64,000 bases of DNA from Hormiphora californensis (Eukaryota > Animalia > Ctenophora), in assembly GCA_020137815.1 (NCBI GenBank), contig CM035360.1, positions 3,596,001 to 3,660,000 of the forward strand, in the 5' to 3' direction. Under the pieces are notes generated by a model that had not been told where the DNA came from, searched no databases, and was given only the letters and a program-made list of their open reading frames with translations. The position numbers and the translations under genes were made by a program. Positions 52,164-64,000 of this stretch are shown piece after piece (positions within the stretch are counted from its first letter, which is position 1; every line of letters begins with the position of its first letter).

Positions 52164-53972
52164 TAGTAGGGTCGGTTGTGGGAAGTTGGGTCTGGAATTT
52201 TAAATTTGACTTGCTGATATGATTAGGGACTCTATAAAAAGTCCAAAGTACCATCCCACAGGTCTCTACCACCCCCGGTTCACTAATTAGCCGTAATTAT
52301 GTGATTTATGACGTTATCGTCAATTAGCACTAATAATACCAGTTCCTGGTCACTTAGAGCTTAGATTTTGATACCAGCTGATAGAGGATCACTAGATTAG
52401 TGGGCATTCAAAATTTTAGGTCGATCGGAGTTATGGTCGAGGAGTTACAGTCGGACCCCGATTTAGGGACACCCTCGGGGGAAAGGGTCTTGTCCACTAA
52501 ATCGGGGTGTCCACTAAATCGGGGTGAGCCATATTTGGCCCATAAAAACCTATTTTATGCCCAAAATGCTATATTATTAAGACTAAAGACACCTCTAACT
52601 GTTATATATGCAATATTCATATATTGATGACATGATCATTTCTGATTAGAAATAGGAAAATATAAAATAATTTTTTTTCAAAAAAATTGTGGAAAAATTT
52701 TCTAAGTTATACCAGCCCGTCCGATTTGTGTTTCGAATCAGTGCAGCTTACTGGATGTCCTGTCTAATTAGCGGGTTCAAAACGAACAGATACGTGATAC
52801 CATGCCGAATCGGGGCACCCTAACCGGGTTAGGAAGTATGAAAATTTCAAAATAACTTTTTCTCTCAAAATTTATGGGGAGCACCGATCAAAGCATTGAC
52901 AATCGTACTGTAAAATTTTGCAAAAAAGTTTTAAAATTTTTTAAACGTATACCAGCCACGTCCGAATCGTGTTTTGAATCGGTACATCTTATCACATGTC
53001 CTGCTGCTAATTAGACGGTTCGGAACGAATCGAAAAGTGATCCCCATCGAATCGAAATTTTGACGCTTGGTGAACTTGTGATTCAATGGCCCCATGGGGA
53101 TCACGTATCGGTTCGTTCCGAAACTTCTAATTAGCAGCAGGACATGCGATAAGATTCACTGATTCGAAACACGATTCGGACGTGGCTGGTATTTTCAAAA
53201 AAATTTCACAAAAAATTTCACAAAAAAAATTCAAAAAATTTTTGGGGGAAAAAAATCCTGTCCCTAAATCGGGGTGTCCCTAAATCGGGGGTCCCTAAAT
53301 CGGGGTCCGACTGTATAACCGTTTTTCCGTTTGGCTGGCGGTTGGCTGGCACCACGTGGGATTACGGGTTTAGGTCGTCGTGGGAGGTCGTCATTGGTCG
53401 CGTTCGATCGGGCTCGATGAGGTGATCAAAACTTAGTGGGGCCAGACTTTGGCCCCACCCCGTTCTTGGGTTATTGGGCTTTTTCGGTTTCCCGCCAAAA
53501 TATTTTCCCGCCAAAACCGAAAAAGCCTAATAACCCAAGAACGGGGTGGGGCCAAGGTCTGGCCCCACTAAGTTTTGATCACCTCATTGAGCCCGATCGA
53601 ACCCGACCAATGACGACCTCCCACGACGACCTAAACCCGTAATCCCACGTGGTGCCAGCCAACCGCCAGCCAAACGGAAAAACGGTTATAACTCCTCGAC
53701 CATAACTCCGATCGACCTAAAATTTTGAATGCCCACTAATCTAGTGATCCTCTATCAGCTGGTATCAAAATCTAAGCTCTAAGTGACCAGGAACTGGTAT
53801 TATTAGTGCTAATTGGCGATAACGTCATAAATCACATAATTACGGCTAATTAGTGAACCGGGGGTGGTAGAGACCTGTGGGATGGTACTTTGGACTTTTT
53901 ATAGAGTCCCTAACCATATCAGCAAGTCAAATTTAAAATTTCAGACCCAACTTCCCACAACCGACCCTACTA
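52164..53972. mobile_element. Palindromic Academ-like MITE with nested mariner-type MITE (52448-53313)
   Basis: TAGTAGGGTCGG termini, TSD TTA; perfect arms once the TA-flanked insert is removed. Confidence 0.85.
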
Positions 53973-54189
53973 TTAGATTCAAATAATAGAAATCAGAAAA
54001 GTCGGTTAACCCTGGGATGGTTGGGTCTAACCAAACAGAAAAGTTGCTGATCATATGATCTCAGGAACGGACGAAAGCAGTGTCAAGAGAGATGGTAAAA
54101 TGCAGCAGAGCTAAGAGATCAGGTTTACAGGAAGAAGATTGTGAGAGAGTGATGCTGTGTAGGTGTGTTGATTTAGTTATGAAAACACA

Positions 54190-54459
54190 ATGAGGAGAGA
54201 GGAGAGAGAGGAGAGAGATGAGATGAGCACTGCTGAGGAGACGAGAGAATGAGATGGAGAGGTCGTGCCAGACAGACAGCAGATCCGAGAGCCCCGAGAG
54301 AGAGAGTAGAGAGAGATTGAGGAGAGGAGAGAGAGAGAGAGAGAGATGAGACGAGAGGAGCTAGAGAGAGAGAGGAGAGAGAGAGATGAGAGAGAGGAGA
54401 GAGAGAGAGATGAGAGAGATGAGCGAGAGAGCGGATGGAGAGAGATTGAGAGAGAGAGG

Positions 54460-54521
<62 letters not shown>

Positions 54522-54630
54522 TATACAGTAATCTAATGCAACAGATTGCAGATCACAGATGGTCCTTCGAACTGTGACATATGTCTTCTTTAAAATCAGG
54601 GTTATGGTGTGTGTGTGTGTGTGTGTGTGG
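54190..54630. repeat. Degenerate (GA)n plus (TG)n microsatellites
   Basis: Directly visible. Confidence 0.9.
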
Positions 54631-55088
54631 GTTATGGTAAACTTTGCCTTGTTCGACCCTCCCTCCCCGCGCCCCGGTTTGAACAAAACAAGGTAAACTA
54701 CCGTCGGTATAGTAACGATGAGCTAAATAAACCAAACAGTAGAAAACATACGGCAGTGAAAAACACTACTGCTGATGAAGTAATTTTACAGCTGATGAGG
54801 AGAGAGAAATGTGTAGGACATAATATTGAAGTGAGAAGGAGGGGGAAGCCACGCGTCGTTGTAACATAACACTGCGATAAGTGTAAATCTGTGACTTGAG
54901 ACACCGCACACGGACTTTCTCTTCCTCAACGAATATCACAACTCCTGACACCTCCAGAGTCCACTGTCCAGGCACACACCTCACTACTGCAGAGTGCAAC
55001 AGTCCTCTATTATACCTCACGGCTCACACCCACAATATGAATGAATTGGAGATTGAAGGCGTCCTTCTTGTACCAAGATGAGTGATAT

Positions 55089-55991
55089 TAGGTCATCCAA
55101 TATTGATCTGGACTGGGTTGTTGTGAGAGAACGGTATCAGATAGAGCCAAGTGGCCGGTTCCAGCGTCTTCCTTGGATATTTTTGGGTTGGACTAGCATG
55201 GTGGGAGCCTTCACATGCCTGCTCTATGGTCTCACAGGCAATGAGTTTAGGCATTACTCTAGTTGCCGCTTTACGCCATTTTTCAACTCAATTTTGGACC
55301 AATTAGACCTACTTCCGGATAATTTGGACGGTTCTTAACCCTATATGTGTCTTACCAAATGGCTTGAGGTATTCCATGAACCTTCCTGAAATTTTTGGAT
55401 AAAATTTCTAGCACTTGGAAGTGATTTTCGCAAGGTTTGGATAAGCTGAATTTTCAAACTTTTTACTCATGTTGAAAAAAGCCGCCATGAGCTAAGTATC
55501 CATTGATCGATCGTAATAAAACTCACATTGGACCTAGAAAATTGTACTAGCTAACATTTAACGTTCGATTCATGTCATTTAGACGTCTAAAACGTACAAA
55601 AACGGGCATTAAGTGCGTTAGACGAACTTTTGACAAAAAGCCAATTTTTGAGAGTGAAGATGGAATGTAAAAGCTTCAATTTTGGTTGCATCGTGTTCGG
55701 GCTTAAAAATTGATCTAGGAACAACGGTCAAACCGATCATCTATCCCCAATAGACAAAATGCCATGACATATTCAATCTTCCATAGTGCCACAGTTTATT
55801 CTTGCGTAAAGCGGCAACTGGAGTAATGCCTAAACTCATTGCCTGTGAGACCATAGAGCAGGCATGTGAAGGATCCCACCATGCTAGTCCAACCCAAAAA
55901 TATCCAAGGAAGACGCTAAAACCGGCAGCTTGACTCTATCTGATACCGTTCTCTCACAATAACCTAGTCCAGATCAATATTGGATGACCTA
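55089..55991. mobile_element. Academ-like MITE with ~185-bp TIRs
   Basis: TAGGTCATCC termini, ATAT on both sides. Confidence 0.75.
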
Positions 55992-57008
55992 ATATGAGGT
56001 ATGAGTTTACAGGTCACAGGACACAGGTCAACCCAAATCTTACTATATTACTACTATTCTACTACTACTATTCTAAATTCTACTTACTACTATTCTACTA
56101 CTAGGTACTATTCTAAATTCTACCTACTACTATTCTACTACATACTAGTTACAACTATTCTAAATTCTTTCTCTCTGCCTAAAGTACTTTGGCGGCCTTG
56201 GTCAATGATCATTGACTGTCATCAATCGACATTTACGTCTGTCAATCGTCATACACTAATTATTAGTAATTAGTAATTATCCCCTGTGTCGTAATCATCA
56301 ATCAATCGATCATGGCCATGGTTGGATTGGACGTGTTACAGGTTACTATTATAACGTATCATGCTTACCTTACATTGTCAAAAGCACCGCCCCACCACAG
56401 AGGAGATCCCAGTGGAGAGAGCAAACAATCTGTGTCATGATGGGCTTACATTCCACTGATTACGAAGGCACCACCCCCAATTACTGGGAAAATCAAAGTT
56501 TTTCAAGGGCTACTTGCCAGGAATTTAAGTTGTAGAAGTTCAAATAAATGTGGGGTAAAAAGGAAGACCAGACATTGAGAAAGATGTAAGTTTCAGAATT
56601 GAGAACCGTATTCTCAGGTTGTGGAGCACTTGTGGACGATGATGTAAGAACGGTGAGAGGCGAAGTCATCTATACACACACACAACAGCACGTTACCCCT
56701 TAACTTCTTTATTGAATCATTTCGTGTGTTGTTCGACAACAATAATACGCAAATTTTTACTTACTTACGCAAATTAATTTATTTTTTATACAACGTGACA
56801 TCTAACAAGATAGCTAATACAAAGCATTCGCAATTTTGTAAGTGTACTACTCAGTTTGAGAATGATCACGTCCTGTCAGATCTGATCTCTCGAAAGATAT
56901 AACTATATCTGAGTTTGTGTATATCCGTTGTTGTGCTACTTGATCTGCAGAGTATGAATTTGATTGTTTTTTGTTTCAGTCCCTTCCCGATCATCCCTGG
57001 ACCATGAT

Positions 57009-60000
57009 ATGAAAGGACTCCGCACAATATTTTTCATATCAGTGAGTTTTTAATGTTTTCTGTCAGGCCAATGCTCTAACTGCTGTTCTCGAATAGGGTC
57101 AGGCCAATACTCTGACAGCTAGTTTTTGCGACTGTGAATCTGTGAATCAATAAGTATATTTGTCCGTTGAGCATCGAATACAGTATGTGTAATTTTCGGG
57201 TCGGCTAAAAAGAACTGGTCTTACACATTGTCAAGACGTCAACTAGTCTCGCATTTTGTTGACACACTTTGTTTCAGCTACTGAGTTGTGCACAGGCTCT
57301 ATCCGCTGATCCTTGCCGGGGAGGCTTTGAGACCCTTCCTGTTAGCGATCCTTCGAACTGCTTGTTCGAGAATCTTAACTCCTTAGAGTGGTAAGTACAC
57401 TTAGAGACTGTCACGTGATCGGTGATCTAAGTTTAGTTTCTAACAACTATACTGGGAACTACTTTTTAGCCTATACGAATAGTCTGCTGCCCCTCGCATC
57501 GTATGACAATTGTTGTTTAACACCCGTGTGTTCCCCCCAGGTATAAGCCTGAACAGGGAGGAAGGTTGGACGACAGCTGTTACTCCTGTGAATATGGTTT
57601 AGCGCTAGCTGATGCACACCCTGATACACAGGGTGTACTTCGGACACACCTTGGGTTCTCTCACCCTGAGAAGGGGTGTTTTGTTGAACAGTATGAGGTC
57701 CATGTTCTGATCTGTCCCGATGGAACTGCTCTCTACAAGTAAGTGCTAGACCCCCCCCATCTCACCAAATAAAGAAATATATAACAACATGAGTCTTATG
57801 TGGGGCGTTAGCGTGAACTTGTGAAGACCGAAGGGATAGCCTTTTTTACTAAATCCGCACTTATTCGTTGTTCCCCCGTAGGTTTATTGACATTCCCGGA
57901 TTGTACCGTGTACAGACCGATCTGTCAGCTGACTGTAGAGAACCCATGGCCGAGTTAAACGGGATGATGGCTCTAGCTCTGCTCCTGAGGGATCGTCTTC
58001 CGCTACCTCAGTCACCAGCTCCAGTGTGACAACTCCAGGACAACCGACTGAGAAACAACCAACAGAGAAACAACCTACAGAGAAAGAGGTGACAGAAAAG
58101 GATGTGACAGAAAAACCGACCGAGAAACCGACTGAAAACGGAACAGTAAGCGAGGCCAGTGTCACCAGCAAATCTCCAACCGTGGCAACAACAAGGATAA
58201 CGAGTCAGGCGAGTGTGACTAGTGAATCTGTTACCCTGCCAACGGAGCCTGGTAACTCAACTAGTTCTGAACCAACCGAGAGTGGTAATGTTACAACCAC
58301 AAGATCTAGCGAGCCTTCACCGACAACTAGGATAACGAGTCAGGCGAGTGTGACTAGTGAATCCGTTACCCTGCCAACGGAGCCTGGTAACTCAACTAGT
58401 TCTGAACCAACCGAGAGTGGTAATGTTACAACCACAAGATCTAGCGAGCCTTCACCGACAACTAGGATAACGAGTCAGGCGAGTGTGACTAGTGAATCTG
58501 TTACCCTGCCAACGGAGCCTGGCAACTCAACCAGTTCTGAACCAACCGAGAGCTCTCCCACGTCTGTAACCGCAACTTCGCCAACGACCGAGGTGACGAG
58601 TCCAACCTCAGTTACGAGTCCAGCTGGAAGCAATGCAACCACTGAGGTATCCCCAACCTCCCCTCCTACCTCCCCTTCAACTGCAACTTCTTCACCTACT
58701 TCAAACAGTGTTTCGTCAGAAAGTGCTAACTTCACATCTCCAACGACTGGTTCTTCCTCACCAAACGAAGTCAGTTCTTCCCCAACCACCTCGCCAGTTT
58801 CAAACAGCGTTTCGTCTGAAAGTGCTAACTTCACATCCCCAACGACTGGTTCTTCCTCTCCAAACGAAGTCAGTTCCTCCCCCACAACCTCGCCAACTAG
58901 TTCCCCAGTTTCTTCAAGCGGCGGAAACTTTTCAACCCCTACATCCGGCCCAACAAGTGGTGGTTCTTCAAGCCCGACAACCGGAAGTTCTTCCCCCACA
59001 ACCTCGCCAACTAGTTCCCCTGTTTCTTCAAGCGGCGGAAACTTTTCAACCCCTACATACGGCCCGACAAGTGGTGGTTCTTCTAGCCCAACAACCGGAA
59101 GTCCTTCCCCAACCACCTCGCCAACTAGTTCCCCTGTTTCTTCAAGCGGTGGAAACTTTTCAACCCCTACATCCGGCCCAACAAGTGGTGGTTCTTCTAG
59201 TCCGACAACTGGAAGTCCATCCCCCACAACCTCGCCAACTAGTTCCCCAGTTTCTTCAAGCGGCGGAAACTTTTCAACCCCTACATCCGGCCCGACAAGT
59301 GGTGGTTCTTCTAGTCCGACAACTGGAAGTTCTTCCCCCACAACCTCGCCAACTAGTTCCCCTGTTTCTTCAAGCGGTGGAAACTTTTCAACCCCTACAT
59401 CCGGCCCAACAAGTGGTGGTTCTTCTAGTCCGACAACCGGAAGTCCTTCCCCCACAACCTCGCCAACTAGTTCCCCTGTTTCTTCAAGCGGTGGAAACTT
59501 TTCAACCCCTACATCCGGCCCAACAAGTGGTGGTTCTTCTAGTCCAACAACCGGAAGTCCTTCCCCAACCACCTCGCCAACTAGTTCCCCAGTTTCTTCA
59601 AGCGGCGGAAACTTTTCAACCCCTACATCCGGCCCGACAAGTGGTGGTTCTTCTAGTCCGACAACCGGAAGTCCTTCCCCCACAACCTCGCCAACTAGTT
59701 CCCCTGTTTCTTCAAGCGGCGGAAACTTTTCAACCCCTACATCCGGCCCAACAAGTGGTGGTTCTTCTAGCCCGACAACCGGAAGTCCTTCCCCAACCAC
59801 CTCGCCAACTAGTTCCCCTGTTTCTTCAAGCGGTGGAAACTTTTCAACCCCTACATCCGGCCCAACAAGTGGTGGTTCTTCTAGTCCAACAACCGGAAGT
59901 CCTTCCCCCACAACCTCGTCAACTAGTTCCCCTGTTTCTTCAAGCGGTGGAAACTTTTCAACCCCTACATCCGGCCCAACAAGTGGTGGTTCTTCTAGCC

Positions 60001-63000
60001 CAACAACCGGAAGTCCTTCCCCCACAACCTCGCCAACTAGTTCCCCTGTTTCTTCAAGCAGTGGAAACTTTTCAAGCCCGACAAGTGGTGGTTCTTCTAG
60101 CCCGACAACCGGAAGTCCTTCCCCAACCACCTCGCCAACGAGTTCCCCTGTTTCTTCTAGCGGCGGAAACTTTTCAACCCCTACATCCGGTCCGACAAGT
60201 GGTGGATCTTCTAGTCCAACAACCGGAAGTCCTTCCCCCACAACCTCGCCAACTAGTTCCCCTGTTTCTTCAAGCGGCGGAAACTTTTCAACCCCTACAT
60301 CCGGCCCGACAAGTGGTGGTTCTTCTAGTCCAACAACCGGAAGTCCTTCCCCCACAACCTCGCCAACTAGTTCCCCTGTTTCTTCAAGCGGCGGAAACTT
60401 TTCAACCCCTACATCCGGCCCAACAAGTGGTGGTTCTTCAAGCCCGACAACCGGAAGTCCTTCTCCCACAACCTCGCCAACTAGTTCCCCTGTTTCTTCT
60501 AGCGGTGGAAACTTTTCAAGCCCTACATCTTCACCAACAATTGGACCGTCTGATACCTCCCCTCCTACTCAACCCCCCACTCCTACAACTATGACTCCCA
60601 CTACTGTAACTTCCAGCTCCATGACGACGCCCTACACTACACCCCAGAGGGAAAGTAAGTAACTTTACTGTCAAATCAATATATTCTTTATATGTACTAG
60701 ACACTGATATTCAATATTCGTTCACACGAATAGTTATCGAGTAAGTCTCATAATGTGATCTCTTCTTCAGCGATCACGCCACCCCATGATGATGACGAGG
60801 ACAACAAATATGAGCACAAAATCTGGATCGAGCATGCTGTTGATGGCATTCTTCCCGGGGTGGTTGATGATGTCAAGGCACTTGTGTGTCACGTGATCTC
60901 AGATCGTGCTCGCATTGTCACCTGGCAGGTCAACGGAACTGATGTCAGCACGGAGTGAGTTGATCCATTGATTGATTTTCTACGAGAGTACGATGAGTAT
61001 AACCAAATTTGACACCCATTAAAATAATTTAAAAACTGGAGGAGAAACAACCTTTTTTTTCTGTAGTGAGACTGATTTGGAGTTTGATGAAGAGACTGAC
61101 GATAACGGTGATGAGTACGTACAGACGACCAGCTCGTACATTCTCCGTGACACCAGTGCGGCACTAAACGGAGTATACTCATGTAGTGTCCAGAAACTGG
61201 AGATTACGGACAAAGCTAGGGTCATTTTTGTTGGTAAGTATAAACCGGAAAAGTTGCTGATATATTCTCAATGTAAGTGACTAGTGTCCAATCCTTTAAG
61301 GATTCGATCTATTTTTAAGCTTGGTAACGAAATTACCCCTCTACATAGGGCATTGCGATAGTAAGGCACGTTTTAGCGTGCCCGCAATGTAGGGGTAATT
61401 GCGTTACCAATTTTTAAGCCACTCCATTTTTCCAGAGAATGAAAAAACTTACGACAAGTTGATTGGAAGACAAGGAAACGAAATGAAGGTCACATGTAAT
61501 CTTCCAAGGGATGCTGAGAAAGTGTTCATGCACAACAAGGAGGTATTACATATAATATGATGGGACTTTTTGAAGGACAATAATTCCCGAAACTAACTCG
61601 ACAATAACCCTATATCACATGGGGATCACATGTCACACCTATTTCAAACAGATAAATATTTTCAGAGAACTGAGCTGTTTGAAGCCGGTAAAGAGCCACA
61701 GACGGACAGCAACGGAATCGTATGGCTGGATTATACCCTTACTATTTCCGACCCGGAGATCACTGAAAAGCCTGATGTGTTTGTGTGTATCGCTCGGTTT
61801 GGTGGCGATAAGGGTATAGCTGTTCATCGAACAATCGCTCTCACCATCACACCATCAGGTGATAATAATGAATCAAATTAATCAAATAATAAATTCATTG
61901 GACTCCTGTCAGGCCAATGCTCTGCAGACCGCGGTTCTCGCGGGCTCTGATAGTTGAACTCAAAACGAGCTGCGTGTGCGACGTTATGAGTCATTTAGTA
62001 TGACGGTAATGTATTCCATATTGCAGTTTTTTCTGTGGTGCATAGTTATTATTATAATTTTGATAATTTTCAGTTGAGCTGAAACTCTACAGTGAAAGGA
62101 GGGTATACGGTGCAGGCGAGAGGGTTATCTTAAATTGTGCTGCTTCTGAGGAGATAACTTCAGTGGTTTGGTATCGAGGTGATACAGCCCTCACGGAGGA
62201 CAATGACCACGTTATGGACATGGTATGAGCTAGTACTGTTTATCATTTTACAATTATCTTTATATATTCTAATTCCCTGATTCATGCCGCTTGAAATGTT
62301 GATCGTTTCTTAGTCGTATAGTCAAAGAGAACTTTCTCCTTCCGACTCGGCTAATATAAGACATATTTTAATAGAGCAGAACATCTTCTAAAAGCTTCTA
62401 CCGAACTTGAGAAAAATGAATTTGTCTACCCAAGTAATTGAAATAGATTAAAACTATCTAGATTGCAACATGTAGCCTGTTGGAGGTTTTTCAATAAACG
62501 TTTACTCAATTTAATACCGCCCTCGAAGACTCTATAGTTGTCAAGACCGCCGTAGAATAAAAATAATCTTTCAGACTGAAGTTAGCAACATGACTATCGC
62601 TGTGCTGACCCTTCCTAATGCCACTGAGAGCCAAACTGGAGGGTACACATGTGTGGCAGAGGATTACCATAGTAACACTCTGGATATAACCATCATTGGT
62701 AAGAGACAATATGCCGTGAAACACATTAAATAACCTACCAGATAAACGTAGGGGGTTCACTGGTTCAGTTTTGAAAACCTAAAACTGTGGATCTGGGTGG
62801 TATAATGGCGCTGAATATTTCGATTGTCTGTTCATATACATAATGACTCGATATTCCAGAACGAAAGATGGCAGAACGTGATGTGACTGTGAATGAGATG
62901 GTTCTATTTTCACTGGAATGTTGGTCGTACAAGAAGAACTTCAATCTGTACCGAGAAGGAACCGAATTCACTGCTTACACGGTAACTGAACAAATCATTT

Positions 63001-63289
63001 GAATGCTACGGACAACAGTCATTAGCAGTACATCTTTTAAAATTAGCACTTAGTGAGCAAAAATATTTAACTGGCCAAAACCTCTCTTTTTTGCAGATTC
63101 TGAAAGATGAAACATCGATCGAATCAGTTGTCTCGGAGCCAGAGAAAGATATCGAGGGAGACGATTGGGAAAAGCTGACCATTGCCATGCGCCTTTCTGC
63201 AAAACAGGGAGGATTGTTTGAGTGCATCTCTGAGTTCCAAAAGTTCCAAGTCTCCAACTACACATATGAGATCACTGTGGAAGAACTTG
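57009..63289 (+). CDS. Secreted/cell-surface mucin-like protein with multiple Ig-like domains (3' end beyond or unresolved)
   Basis: MKGLRTIFFIS|LLSCAQA signal; Cys-containing N-domain; RVKR site; 2.7-kb S/T/P exon; exons LVCHV..VTWQVNG..GVYSCSV, VILNCAA..VVWYRG..GGYTCVA. Confidence 0.8.
58870..60530 (+). repeat. Coding 114-bp (38-aa) mucin repeat, ~14 copies, one NFS sequon each
   Basis: SPTTSPTSSPVSSSGGNFSTPTSGPTSGGSSSPTTGSP units with synonymous variation. Confidence 0.92.
61321..61410. mobile_element. 90-bp micro-MITE (TTGGTAACG family), 9-bp TSD
   Basis: TSD TTTTTAAGC. Confidence 0.78.
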
Positions 63290-63534
63290 GTATGTACTGT
63301 TCTTAATTGAATATTAGTACTGCAAAATATTAATCGTTGTTACTCCTTAACTTGGTATGTGTTCTTCATTGTTGGGTGTGGTCCATGGTAGAGCTTAATG
63401 TTCTATATTACATAACCTTTAACTTGAAGCATTGGTAAATGGTAGCACGGTAAATGATTCAATTTTCGTTCACCCACGAAGACTGTTCTTATGGTCAACA
63501 AGCATTACAAACATTTTATCTCGTCCCGAGAAGC

Positions 63535-63692
<158 letters not shown>

Positions 63693-63779
63693 TCTAGATC
63701 TTAGTTAAAGAACAGTCTTATAACATGCTTTAATAATTTTCTCTATAGAACTTTTGGCAGGTGCACAGTTGCTCGACAG

Positions 63780-63957
63780 TCTATTTCTGGCTGCTATTTC
63801 TGGCTGCTATTTCTGGCTGCTATTTCTGGCTGCAAGACCTATTTCTGGCTGCAAGACCTATTTCTGGCTGCTAGACCTATTTCTGGCTGCAAGCAGCCAG
63901 AAATAGATTTAGCAGCCAGAAATAGCAGCCAGAATAGATTTTAGCAGCCAGAAATAG
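63780..63957. repeat. Inverted array of CTATTTCTGGCTG units (MITE-like)
   Basis: Forward copies then reverse-complement copies. Confidence 0.65.
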
Positions 63958-64000
63958 GGTTTCTCTCACGTGATCTCTCTATCTCTGTATGGGATACGAG

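Noticed and set aside
58475-60594. Alternative-frame and antisense ORFs over the mucin
   Set aside because: Shadows of the 114-bp repeat; variation is mostly synonymous in the S/T/P frame

Overview
Eukaryotic (animal) genomic DNA: compact, intron-rich genes densely interleaved with small transposons. Several short repeats (e.g. CAGTCGGACCCCGATTTA and AGGAACCGACCGAATCAGGAAATAC) match my recollection of Pleurobrachia (ctenophore) repeats; that assignment is unverified. Genes in order: last two exons of an unknown gene (+); a very large secreted His-rich/VWC-like/KE-rich protein (-); two tandem intronless SLC7 (LAT-type) transporters (+); an LRRC61-like gene (-) with a nested small basic ORF; an IFI27/ISG12-domain gene (-); an Angel-family phosphatase (+); ARPC1 (-) with a nested disrupted GPCR (+); and a mucin/Ig-like gene (+) that runs off the end. 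Mobile DNA includes a truncated Penelope element, a hammerhead-bearing inverted-pLTR element holding a CRE retrotransposon that itself holds two Helitrons, a Helentron-like tandem array, several palindromic MITEs and two families of ultra-short (43-90 bp) TSD-flanked elements. Most notable: ~41-43 bp minisatellites that amplify real splice sites, the micro-element families, the multi-level TE nest, a first exon shared between neighbouring unrelated genes, and a nested basic mini-gene. Exon coordinates were read by eye and may be off by a few bases.
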